Below, one piece after another: positions 18,687-27,787 of a DNA stretch of 64,000 nucleotides. Under the pieces are notes generated by a model. The model worked only from the letters and a program-made list of their open reading frames with translations, was not told the DNA's origin and ran no database searches. The DNA is from Alphaproteobacteria bacterium (GTDB lineage: Bacteria > Pseudomonadota > Alphaproteobacteria > UBA828): positions 2,368,001 through 2,432,000 of the forward strand of contig OZ243972.1 in NCBI GenBank assembly GCA_965214705.1. The letters are read 5' to 3'. How positions within the stretch are numbered: the stretch's first letter is position 1; the number at the start of each line of letters is the position of its first letter. The position numbers were made by a program, and so were the translations under genes.

Positions 18687-20657
18687 CCGAACTTCCCCCA
18701 GAATTTCGCTGATTTTCGGGCATAAGTCTTTGTTTTTGCGGACGTATCGGCCGTTGGTGCGGATGCAAAGTGTACCCATGTAAATGAGGATGGGGCGTTG
18801 ATATTTTGCGGGTCAGGCACTATGATCCGTCCCCATGTATATCGAAAGCGTCCCAAACCGGAACTCACCCCCCGCAATCCTCCTGCGCGAATCATGGCGC
18901 GAAGGCGGAAAAATCAGAAAGCGCACCCTCGCCAACCTCTCCAGGTGGCCCCCGCACCTGGTCGAGGGCCTGCGCATCCTCTTGCGCGGCGGAACCGCTG
19001 TGCCCCGCGGCGAGAAGCGCCGCGAGGACGACGGCTTCGACATCACCCGCTCGCGTCCCTTCGGCCATGTCGCAGCGGTGCTCGGGGCTCTGCGCGGCCT
19101 CGGTCTGGAACGGCTGATCGCGGCCAGGCGCTCGCGGCTGCGCGACCTCGCGGCGGCGATGATCGTCGCCCGCATCGTGGCGCCGCGCTCGAAGCTCGCC
19201 ACCGCACGCGGGCTCAGCGGCGACACCCTGAGCTGCGGCCTCGGCGAGGCCCTCGACCTGGGCGAGGTCGACGAAGACGAACTCTACCAGGCGATGGACT
19301 GGCTGCTTGAGCGCCAGGGCAGGATCGAACGGCGTCTGGCCGAGCGTCACCTCGAGGACGGCGCTCTGGTACTCTACGACGTCACCTCGACATGGCTGGA
19401 GGGGCGCTGCTGCCCGCTGGCGCATCACGGCTACTCCCGCGACGGCAAGCGCGGCAAGCTGCAGATCGTGTTCGGGCTCCTGTGCAACGCGCAGGGCTGC
19501 CCGGTGGCGGTGGAGGTGTTCGAGGGCAACACCGCCGATCCGGCCACCCTGGGCTCCCAGATCGACAAGCTGCGCCGGCGCTTCGGCCTCTCGCGGGTGG
19601 TGCTGGTGGGCGATCGCGGCATGCTCACCGAGGCGCGCATCCGCGAGGAGGTGAAGCCGGCCGGGTTGGAGTGGATCAGCGCGCTGCGGGCGCCGGCGAT
19701 CCGGGAGCTGGCCTCCAGCGGAACGCTGCAGCCCTCGCTCTTCGACGAACGCGACCTGGCCGAGATCCATCATCCCGACTTCCCCGGCGAACGCCTGATC
19801 GCCTGCCGCAACCCGCTGCTCGCCGTCGAGAGGGCGCGCAAGCGCGAGGCCCTGCTCCAGGCCACCGAGGGCGACCTCGACGAGATCCGAGCGGCAACAC
19901 GGCGCGCCAAGCGCCGCCTCGCCGGCAAGGACAAGATCGGCCTGCGCGTGGGCAAGGTCATCGGCAAGCACAAGGTCGCCAAGCACTTCGAGCTGGAGAT
20001 CGCCGATGACGGCTTCACCTGGCAGCGCAACCGGGAGCGGATCGCCGAGGAGGCGGCGCTCGATGGCCTCTACGTCATCCGCACCAGCGTGCCCGAGGGC
20101 GAGCTCGGAGCCGAGGACACGGTGCGCGCCTACAAGGGATTGAGCCGCATCGAGCGCGCCTTCCGCAGCGTCAAGACCGTCGACCTCAAGGTGCGGCCCA
20201 TCCACCACTACCGCCCCGAGCGCGTGCGCGCCCACGTGCTGCTGTGCATGCTCGCCTACCACGTCGAATGGCACATGCGCCAAAGGCTCGCCCCCATCCT
20301 GTTCGACGAGGACGACCCGGCCGCTGCGGACGCCGCGCGCGCTTCCATCGTCTCACCGGCAAAGCCCTCGCCCTCCGCCCGTCGCAAGGCCGCCGGCAAA
20401 CGCACGCCAGACGGGATGCCGGTGCACAGCTTCCGCACGCTCCTCGATGATTTGGCGACCATCGCCAGGAACCGCGTTCAACCGAAACTCGCCGGAGCAC
20501 CGCCCTTCGATCTGGTCACCAAGCCGACGCCGGTACAGCGCCAGGCGCTCGATCTGCTTGGCGTCAGCCTGTAGCGTACCCAGTACGCGACTCCGCGAAA
20601 CGGTGGTTTGGAAAGCCACCGCAACAACTTAGCTCAATATCTGCTGGGGAAGTTCGG
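18687..20657 (+). mobile_element. IS1634-family insertion sequence
   Basis: 12-bp perfect terminal inverted repeats CCGAACTTCCCC (18687-18698) / GGGGAAGTTCGG (20646-20657) flanked by 6-bp direct repeat GCTAAA (18681-18686, 20658-20663); one DDE transposase. Confidence 0.92.
18835..20574 (+). CDS. IS1634-family transposase
   Basis: LLRESWREGGKIRKRTLANLS, LYDVTSTWLEG, GYSRDGK, LVGDRGM, IERAFRSVK, RPIHH motifs; 579 aa intact. Confidence 0.95.
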   Translation: MYIESVPNRNSPPAILLRESWREGGKIRKRTLANLSRWPPHLVEGLRILLRGGTAVPRGEKRREDDGFDITRSRPFGHVAAVLGALRGLGLERLIAARRSRLRDLAAAMIVARIVAPRSKLATARGLSGDTLSCGLGEALDLGEVDEDELYQAMDWLLERQGRIERRLAERHLEDGALVLYDVTSTWLEGRCCPLAHHGYSRDGKRGKLQIVFGLLCNAQGCPVAVEVFEGNTADPATLGSQIDKLRRRFGLSRVVLVGDRGMLTEARIREEVKPAGLEWISALRAPAIRELASSGTLQPSLFDERDLAEIHHPDFPGERLIACRNPLLAVERARKREALLQATEGDLDEIRAATRRAKRRLAGKDKIGLRVGKVIGKHKVAKHFELEIADDGFTWQRNRERIAEEAALDGLYVIRTSVPEGELGAEDTVRAYKGLSRIERAFRSVKTVDLKVRPIHHYRPERVRAHVLLCMLAYHVEWHMRQRLAPILFDEDDPAAADAARASIVSPAKPSPSARRKAAGKRTPDGMPVHSFRTLLDDLATIARNRVQPKLAGAPPFDLVTKPTPVQRQALDLLGVSL

Positions 20658-20782
20658 GCTAAAGAGGCAGGATGTGCCGCAAAAGTTATATATATGCTAA
20701 TTTGTAATATATATTCCCGAGCAGCGCTAGCGGAAGCTTCAGACCCTCTCTCGGATTTTCTGCGGGCTGGGGCACGAGATTC

Positions 20783-20850
20783 TGGTGAAGTTCCAGATGT
20801 CGCCCCGTCACCCGATGTCCGACCTCAACGGGGCGTATCGGAAGTTTTAG
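20783..20850 (+). repeat. Direct repeat copy 2 (junction between units 1 and 2)
   Basis: 66/68 identical to copy 1; both differences synonymous in the 130-aa gene frame (CGC/CGT, GCC/GCG); keeps the TAG stop. Confidence 0.95.
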
Positions 20851-20873
20851 ACCGGGTATACCGCGACGGCCGC

Positions 20874-20899
20874 AACCCGCGCCCGGTGTGACGCGGGTT
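20874..20899. terminator. Hairpin downstream of autotransporter 2
   Basis: AACCCGCG-N10-CGCGGGTT, 14 bp from the stop at 20914. Confidence 0.45.
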
Positions 20900-20913
20900 A
20901 CGACCCTGCGGCG

Positions 20914-23520
20914 TTACCAGCGCAAGGCGCCGCGCAGCATCAGCCCGTGCCCGTGCCCGTCATCGTTGGCGGCCTCGTACAGACTGCCCTCGACGCTCAC
21001 GCTCGCCGCTGGCGCAAGCTGCCAGCGTGCGCCCATGCGCCACCACTGCGCACCTTCGCCCGCAAGCCCGAGCCCCGCATAGGGCGTCACCACGCCCATG
21101 CCGGGCGCCACGCCGAGACCGTAGCCGACCTCCGTGTTCAGGCGCGCCTGCTTGTCCGGTGACACTCCGGCAGTGACGCCATTCTCCCACAACTGGTTTA
21201 CACCGCTGCCCGTCTGGCCCCACGCCGGCTGCACCACGAGCGCGAGACCCTGGCCAGACCCGCCCGGTGCGATCCGCACCAGACCGCTCACGCCTGTCTC
21301 CTCGTAGTCGCCGCTATGGCTGAGCAGGGTCCGGACCCGGCCCTCGACGGTCAGCCCCGACGCCTCGTCGGCATAGCGCAAGGCGCCCCCGGCCTCGATG
21401 CTGGTGCCGGTCTCGCCGTCCCCGCCGTCGTTGCGCACGCCGAGTTCAAGCGAGGGCGTGAATGTCGACCCCGAGGCCAGCTTCTGGACGTGCGCCCCTT
21501 CCAGCAGCAGACGCTGCCGGCTGGCGCTCAAGGACGTGCTCTCAATGCTCCCGGAGCCATCGACATCGGCCGATGTGAAGGCCACTTCGCCCTTGAGGTT
21601 CAGCGTCGTGGTGCCGCCCGCGATCATCTCGTCGCTGGACATCAGCGGCCCGCTCACACCTGCCGCCACCATCCGCTGCGTCAGGTCGCTCGACTGCGCT
21701 CCCGCCGACCCATCGTCGATCTCAACCTCGCCCGAGCCGTAACCGGCGATGGCCCACAGGTTCATGCCACCCGCCATCTGCCAGCCCACGTAGGGGTTGA
21801 CGCTGGTCAGAGAGGTCGTGAGCTCGCCTGACGCGTTGGAGGCCGTGTAATCCACCGTCCCTCGCGCCTGCGACACCGCCAGGCCCGCCAGCATGTCGTC
21901 ACCCAGCTTTGTATCGATCCCCAGGTTGGCGCTCACCACGCTGCCGTCGTAGTCGACGGACTGCGGGTTGCCGCCGGCGATGCTGCGGTAGTCCCCGCTG
22001 CCCCAAAACGTCAAGTCTCCGAAGAGGCCACTGCCCCCGTTGCCCGCCGCGTTGAGCGTCATGGTGAAGGACGAGCCCGCCAGCAGCCGGCTGAAATCCA
22101 ACGTGCCGTTGCCCAGCGCATGTCCGTTGGCCAGCAGGGCATCGGAGAGGGTGGAGGCACCGCCGAAGCTGAACGCTGCGTCCGGCGCAGTGTCTGAGGT
22201 TGCCCGCTCGATGCGGCCCGAGACGGCATCGACCGTGCTCGCGGTCATGGCCCGCATCACCTGGGGCAGAACCGACTCGATGACCGCGTTGCCGCCCTCG
22301 GCAACCGCCTCGGGAGCAGTCCCGTAGAAGCCCGAGCCTACGATGAAGTCAACGTCTCGGATTACGCTTCCGCCCGGCCCCAATATTTGGCCGGAGAACT
22401 CGCGGGCGTAGCCCACTTTGGGGATGTCGGCTCTGTCGCTGTCGTCAGCGGGATCGTCCCAGAAATACTCCACGAAGTCGCCTTCCGAGCTGCGTCTCGC
22501 CGCAGCGAGGACTTGCGGCAGAACGAGCTCTCCGGTTACGGCATCTCGGACGGTCGGCACCAGTGGCCGATTCTCGAATCTGTTCGGGAACGCTGCGTGA
22601 AACGTGATGATGTTGCTGTTGAGGTCCAAGACGTAGAGATACACGGAACCGTGCCGCCAGGGCCCGTTCGGATCGCGCAAGGCGATCCTGACTTTCGCGG
22701 CAGCGGCTGGATCGCCAGTTCTCAGGATCTCAAGAAAGTAATTTCCCGCTGCCGAGACGAAGGCCTTCAGGGTTTCGCGGTCCACCACGTCCCTGGCGGT
22801 AACGGTCGGATTTTCGTGAACGATTGCTTCATCAATCAAGTGAGATGCGTTGATATCGAATCCCGCAAGCAGCACGATTGGAGACCCCAATTCCGGTGAA
22901 TTATAGACGGCGGCGTAGCCGGAAGCGCCGGGTATGCCTGGACTCACGCCCGGAATAGGGGTGGTCGCATCGAACGGAGCATCCGGTTCTTGCGACAATG
23001 TGGCAACGAAGGCTTGGTAAGCGCGTCCGGCGACAGCAGGATCAGAAGACGCCAAGTTAACCAAATCGGCTTGGGAGACACCCAACGCAGTAAGAATCTG
23101 CCCGTAAATCAGCGGGTTGAGCAGCCGGCCCGACAACGACATGTCCTTTGCGTGAACGAACACACGACCGTCGAGCGTCAGGGTCACAATGTAGGTATTG
23201 CCGGAACGCCAGATCCCATCGTCCTGCCTGATTGCGCATCCGATATAGAGCCCCTCTTCGACGGCCGTGGCCTGTTGGGAATGTTCTCTGGACCGCTCTC
23301 TCACGGCGAGCGCAAAGTCCACCAAAGCAGCGCTGCCGTTTGTTACCTGTTGCGCCGTCACAGTCGGGTCCGCAGGAGCAGTCACGCCGGCAGGGAGTGG
23401 ACAAGGAGGTTCCTGCGTCTGCGCCGAGGCGGGGAGCCCGTTGGATAAGACGCCGGCCAGCGCGAACAGGCCAGCCACGAGAGTTAAGGAAATCCTGGTT
23501 TTCCATGTCTCGGTGCTCAT
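20914..23520 (-). CDS. Autotransporter 2 with tandem Cache-like passenger (868 aa), paralog of 16010-18559
   Basis: Same signal peptide, same Cache-like motifs (GDFVEYFWDDP, PKVGYA, IVGSGFY), near-identical C-terminal beta domain ending GALRW. Confidence 0.88.
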   Translation of the reverse strand: MSTETWKTRISLTLVAGLFALAGVLSNGLPASAQTQEPPCPLPAGVTAPADPTVTAQQVTNGSAALVDFALAVRERSREHSQQATAVEEGLYIGCAIRQDDGIWRSGNTYIVTLTLDGRVFVHAKDMSLSGRLLNPLIYGQILTALGVSQADLVNLASSDPAVAGRAYQAFVATLSQEPDAPFDATTPIPGVSPGIPGASGYAAVYNSPELGSPIVLLAGFDINASHLIDEAIVHENPTVTARDVVDRETLKAFVSAAGNYFLEILRTGDPAAAAKVRIALRDPNGPWRHGSVYLYVLDLNSNIITFHAAFPNRFENRPLVPTVRDAVTGELVLPQVLAAARRSSEGDFVEYFWDDPADDSDRADIPKVGYAREFSGQILGPGGSVIRDVDFIVGSGFYGTAPEAVAEGGNAVIESVLPQVMRAMTASTVDAVSGRIERATSDTAPDAAFSFGGASTLSDALLANGHALGNGTLDFSRLLAGSSFTMTLNAAGNGGSGLFGDLTFWGSGDYRSIAGGNPQSVDYDGSVVSANLGIDTKLGDDMLAGLAVSQARGTVDYTASNASGELTTSLTSVNPYVGWQMAGGMNLWAIAGYGSGEVEIDDGSAGAQSSDLTQRMVAAGVSGPLMSSDEMIAGGTTTLNLKGEVAFTSADVDGSGSIESTSLSASRQRLLLEGAHVQKLASGSTFTPSLELGVRNDGGDGETGTSIEAGGALRYADEASGLTVEGRVRTLLSHSGDYEETGVSGLVRIAPGGSGQGLALVVQPAWGQTGSGVNQLWENGVTAGVSPDKQARLNTEVGYGLGVAPGMGVVTPYAGLGLAGEGAQWWRMGARWQLAPAASVSVEGSLYEAANDDGHGHGLMLRGALRW

Positions 23521-23768
23521 TGCGAGGGCTCCTGCTGGGGAAAGGCGGGAAACCTAAAGTCGAAAACGACTCAATGAGGAGCCGAGTCGTACGGCGTGTT
23601 CTTGCCGAAATCAAGTTTTCTAAATCACGATTTCGACAAAAAGGGCGTAGTTTGCATCAATAATAGTATGTAAGCCTGCTGAAACTGCATGTGAAAGTGA
23701 TAACGTGCGCCCCTCGGCAAAACCCGCGCGGGTTTTGGAACCTCACACGGTCCTTCTGCGGGTTTGAA

Positions 23769-23846
23769 CGCGAGCTTCCGGCGGTGCTCCAGATGTCGCC
23801 CCGCCACCCGATTGCCGACCTCAACGGGGCGTAAATGGAGATTTCC
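23769..23846 (+). repeat. Direct repeat copy 3, degenerate (attR-like, probably oldest)
   Basis: Core 23788-23833 matches copies 1 and 2 at 43/46; colinear without gaps from CGCGAGCT (23769 vs 14506); premature TAA in the gene frame. Confidence 0.88.
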
Positions 23847-23850
23847 GTCG

Positions 23851-24429
23851 TTACCGAGCCCCGTCCGGATCGGGATTGGCGGTTGCCTCCAGCCAACGGG
23901 GCGCGAAGACCAAGACCGGGATGTCGGGCGGCAACTGCGAGTTGAACAGCGCGTTGTGCCACCAGGTCTCCTCGCGACGCGGGTCGTCGCGCCCGAGCCT
24001 CTGGACGGTGCAGGGCAGCGAGTAGCGCTGGCTGTCCTGGGCGAAGGCCAAGACACAGCGCCCCTCACGCTCCAGGTCGGCGGCAAGCGGTGAAGCGGCC
24101 GCGAACGTCGCCGTCAACAGGTCGCTAAAATCGCGCGCATATTGGTAGTAGCGCTCGGCCAGCAGGGCCAGTGCTGCGTCGCGCCGGTCGCGCGGGTCGT
24201 GGGTGCGCCGCGCCAGGTGGCGGAACTCGGGCGCGAAGGACTCCGCCTCCCGCCGAACCAGCAGCGTGGTCATTGCCGGCGCGAGCTCTTCGCCTGCCGC
24301 GCTCAGCACCTGTGGCCGCATCCCCGGCGACGGCTGACCGGCGCGGCGGCGCATGGCGTCCGCACGTATGCGGCACTGCCAGCCGACGAAGTGATCGCGC
24401 AGGCGCTCGGCCCGCGGCGCGGCACTCAC
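23851..24429 (-). CDS. Conserved-looking hypothetical protein (possible split-barrel fold)
   Basis: 192 aa, GAGGGG upstream of GTG, motifs F.GWQCRIR and WHNALFN; function not recognised. Confidence 0.7.
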   Translation of the reverse strand: MSAAPRAERLRDHFVGWQCRIRADAMRRRAGQPSPGMRPQVLSAAGEELAPAMTTLLVRREAESFAPEFRHLARRTHDPRDRRDAALALLAERYYQYARDFSDLLTATFAAASPLAADLEREGRCVLAFAQDSQRYSLPCTVQRLGRDDPRREETWWHNALFNSQLPPDIPVLVFAPRWLEATANPDPDGAR

Positions 24430-24596
24430 CGCCCCTCAGCCCCGATTCGAAAGGTTTGTCCGCATGGTTTCTTCGCCATGGTAGCCGCGGCCTTGGCCCC
24501 CGGCCACGGGGATCGGCACCGCGCGCGTCGTTGTCGCCGATGGTTGGTAGGCCTAGGATCGATCGCACTTATCCCACAGACACGAACGAGGCCCCC

Positions 24597-26162
24597 ATGT
24601 CCCGCGGTCCGGAACTTCCCTCCGTCAACCAGCTCGCCGCCGTCGCCCAGGACTTCATGCTCGACATGACGCTGGAGGATGTGACGAACCAGCGGGAGGC
24701 CATGCGGGGCGCCATCGCGAGCCTGCGCCATATCGACGACATGCCGGAGGAGCGGCCAGCCGTCACCTATCCGCGCACCTCCGGCTACCGGCCGCACCCG
24801 GACGAGAACCCCTACAACGCCTGGTATTGGCGGGCCGAGGTCAAGGGTGCGGACTCAGGGCCGCTCGCGGGCGAGGAGATCGGCGTCAAGGACGTGGTCT
24901 CGCTCGCCGGCGTGCCGATGATGAACGGCTCGCGCGCCCTCGAAGGCTACGTGCCCACCATTGACGCCACCATCGTGACCCGCATGCTCGACGCAGGCGC
25001 CACCATCGTCGGCAAGACGGCCTGCGCCGACTTCTCCTTCTCGGGCGGCGGCCACACCAGCGGCTACGGGCCCGTGCGCAATCCGCGCAAGCCCACCCAT
25101 GCGCCCGGCGGCTCGTCCAAGGGGAGTGCCGCGGCGGTGGCCGCTGGCGACGTGGCGATGGCGATCGGCGGCGATCAGGGCGGCTCGATCCGCATCCCCG
25201 CGTCCTGGTGCGGCGTGGTCGGCCTCAAGGCGACCTACGGCCTCATCCCTTATACCGGGTGCCTCGCGATCGAGATGACCCTCGATCATATCGGCCCTAT
25301 GACGAACACCGTCGAGAACTGCGCCCGCATGCTCTCGGTCCTCGCCGGCCCCGACCCACTCGATCCGCGCCAGCGGGGCGTGATCCCGGCCGATTACGTG
25401 CAGGACTACATGCCGGCGATCGGCGCGGGCTGCGAAGGCGTGCGGATCGGCGTGCTCACCGAGGGCTTCGGCCAGACCGAGGAGACCTGGCCCGAGTTCG
25501 GCCTGCCGGGGAGCGTACCGGCGGTGGACGATGCGGTCCGCGCCACGGTGCGCTGGCTGGAGGAGCGGGGCGCCCAGGTCACCGAGGTCTCGGTGCCCGA
25601 GCACTACCACGGGCTCAGGCTCTGGTTCGCGATTGCGGCCGAGGGCGCAACCGAGTTCATGCTGAAGAATGCCGGGGTCGGCACCGGCTGGTTCGGCTAT
25701 TACGACACGCAGTTCCTGGAGCATGCGTCGCGGGCCGCGAAGACCCGCCAGAACGACTATCCGCATACCGTGAAGAACGTGCTGCTGCTGGGCGGGTACC
25801 TCAAGCGCTACTACCACGGCACCTATTACGCGAAGGCGCAGAACCAGCGCGGGCGGCTGACCGCAGCCTACGACAAGGCGCTCGCCGACGTGGACGTGCT
25901 GGTGCTGCCCACCATCCCGCACCTGGCCGCGCCGATCCCGAGCCTGGATGCCGACTTTGGAGAGTACATGTCGCGCGCGCTCGGCATGATCAACAACACG
26001 CCGCAGTTCAACCTGACCGGCCATCCCGCGATCAGCGTGCCCTGCGGCGTGAGCGACGACCTGCCCATCGGCTTCCAGGTCGTCGGCCGCCACTTCGACG
26101 ACCTCACCGTGCTCAAGGTCGCGGATGCGGTGGAGAAGAGCGCGGATTGGCAGAGCGTGTAG
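24597..26162 (+). CDS. Amidase signature family enzyme
   Basis: Catalytic K (GVKDV), GGSSKGS, GGDQGGSIRIPASWCG; ATG at 24597. Confidence 0.93.
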   Translation: MSRGPELPSVNQLAAVAQDFMLDMTLEDVTNQREAMRGAIASLRHIDDMPEERPAVTYPRTSGYRPHPDENPYNAWYWRAEVKGADSGPLAGEEIGVKDVVSLAGVPMMNGSRALEGYVPTIDATIVTRMLDAGATIVGKTACADFSFSGGGHTSGYGPVRNPRKPTHAPGGSSKGSAAAVAAGDVAMAIGGDQGGSIRIPASWCGVVGLKATYGLIPYTGCLAIEMTLDHIGPMTNTVENCARMLSVLAGPDPLDPRQRGVIPADYVQDYMPAIGAGCEGVRIGVLTEGFGQTEETWPEFGLPGSVPAVDDAVRATVRWLEERGAQVTEVSVPEHYHGLRLWFAIAAEGATEFMLKNAGVGTGWFGYYDTQFLEHASRAAKTRQNDYPHTVKNVLLLGGYLKRYYHGTYYAKAQNQRGRLTAAYDKALADVDVLVLPTIPHLAAPIPSLDADFGEYMSRALGMINNTPQFNLTGHPAISVPCGVSDDLPIGFQVVGRHFDDLTVLKVADAVEKSADWQSV

Positions 26163-26202
26163 CGCACCCGGCGCTCGGCCCGAGGGACTGCGAGTTGAAG
26201 CG

Positions 26203-27768
26203 ATGACGGAGAGGCCGGAACGCTGGCTCGTGCGCAAGCCGGCCGTGACGAGCCGCGGCGGCGTGGTCGCGACCCAGCACCAGGCCGCATCGGAGGTTGG
26301 TGCGCGGGTGCTGGCCGACGGCGGCAATGCGGTCGACGCCGCCATCGCCGCGAGCCTTGCGCTGGCTACGGTCGAGCCTTGGATGAGCGGGCTCGGCGGC
26401 GGCGGGTACCTGCTCGTCCGCCCCGCAGGTGAGGCCCGGACCCAAGCCGTCTCCTTCGGAATGGTGGCGCCGGGCACTCTGGACCCGGCGGACTATCCGC
26501 TTACCGGCGAAGCGGGCGCCGACCTGTTCGGTTGGCCGGCGGTGCTGGAGGACCGCAACACGCGCGGCCCGTTCGCGGTGGCGGTGCCGGGTCAGGTCGC
26601 GGGCCTCGGGTTGGCGAATGAGCGCTTCGGCACGTGGGATTGGGCCGACCTGGTGGCGCCCGCGTGCGCGCTGGCGGAGCGGGGCATGGAAGTGGACTGG
26701 CACGCCACCGTCGCGATCGCAGCGTCGGCGCCGGAGCTTGCGCAGGACACCGGCTGCGACGCCGCGTATCTGGCGGACGGATTTCCGCTGGCCGCGCCCT
26801 GGACCGGGGACGCGCCGCGCATCCGGCTGGGTCGGCTTGCTGAGACCCTGCGCCGGCTCGCCGAGGCCGGGCCCGCCGACTTCTACACGGGTGAAATCGC
26901 GCAGGCCATCAGTGCCGACATGGCGGCGCTCGGCGGGCGTCTCTCCGCCGCTGATCTCGCGAACTACGAGGCCACCATCGAGGAGGCGCCCGAGACCAGC
27001 TACCGCGATGCTTGGGTCGGGACGGCACCGGGGTTGACCGCAGGGCCGACGCTGGTGGACGTGCTGGACCGTCTCACGACCTCACTCGATCCGGGCGCGG
27101 CACTCCCCGGCGGCGCCGCCTACGTGGCATACGCCGAGGCGCTACAGGCGGCCTACGCTGAGCGGCTTCGGGGCATGGGCGCGGGCACCGATGCCGAGCG
27201 CGCGTCCTGCACCAGCCATCTCGGCGCGGCCGACCGGGACGGCACCGTCGTCGCGCTGACCCAGACCCTGCTCTCGCCCTTCGGCGCCAAGGTGATGCTG
27301 CCTGAGACCGGGATCCTGATGAACAACGGGATCATGTGGTTCGACCCCCGACCGGGTGGCCCTAACTCCATCGCACCCGGCAAGCGGCCGCTTTCCAACA
27401 TGTGCCCGACGATCGTCGAGTTCGCGGACGGCAGGCGTGCGGCGCTCGGCGCCTCCGGCGGCCGCCGCATCCTCCCTGCCGTCGCACAGCTGCTCTCTTT
27501 CCTCGTGGACTTCGGCATGAGCCTGGACGACGCCGCACATCGCCCGCGCATCAATGTGGATGGCAGCGACCTCGTCGAGGCGGATACCCGGTTATCGGCG
27601 GAGACGCTGGCCTCGCTCGAGGCCCGGTTCCCGCTCGCGGTACGGCCGCACGGCGTGCATCCGTCCGCCTACGCCTGCCCCAACGCGGTGGTCTGGGAGC
27701 CGGAGAGCGGCACCGCGACCGGCGCCGCCCACGTCATGTCCCCCAACGCCAGCGTCGGCTCGCCGTAG
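26203..27768 (+). CDS. ggt: Gamma-glutamyltransferase family protein
   Basis: GGNAVDAAIA, SGLGGGG, nucleophile Thr in CTSH, PGKRPLSNM, GASGGRRI; no signal peptide. Confidence 0.9.
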   Translation: MTERPERWLVRKPAVTSRGGVVATQHQAASEVGARVLADGGNAVDAAIAASLALATVEPWMSGLGGGGYLLVRPAGEARTQAVSFGMVAPGTLDPADYPLTGEAGADLFGWPAVLEDRNTRGPFAVAVPGQVAGLGLANERFGTWDWADLVAPACALAERGMEVDWHATVAIAASAPELAQDTGCDAAYLADGFPLAAPWTGDAPRIRLGRLAETLRRLAEAGPADFYTGEIAQAISADMAALGGRLSAADLANYEATIEEAPETSYRDAWVGTAPGLTAGPTLVDVLDRLTTSLDPGAALPGGAAYVAYAEALQAAYAERLRGMGAGTDAERASCTSHLGAADRDGTVVALTQTLLSPFGAKVMLPETGILMNNGIMWFDPRPGGPNSIAPGKRPLSNMCPTIVEFADGRRAALGASGGRRILPAVAQLLSFLVDFGMSLDDAAHRPRINVDGSDLVEADTRLSAETLASLEARFPLAVRPHGVHPSAYACPNAVVWEPESGTATGAAHVMSPNASVGSP

Positions 27769-27787
27769 CGCCGGAACGGAGAAGTCC

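Noticed and set aside
18560-18895. 112-aa N-terminal extension of autotransporter 1 in the ORF track (961 aa)
   Set aside because: It reads through the IS left end; the paralog start, RBS and signal peptide place the start at 18559.
14506-23846. CRISPR, integron or DGR interpretation of the repeats
   Set aside because: Spacing is kilobases, the repeat is a coding gene end, and no cas, intI or reverse transcriptase gene is in the window.
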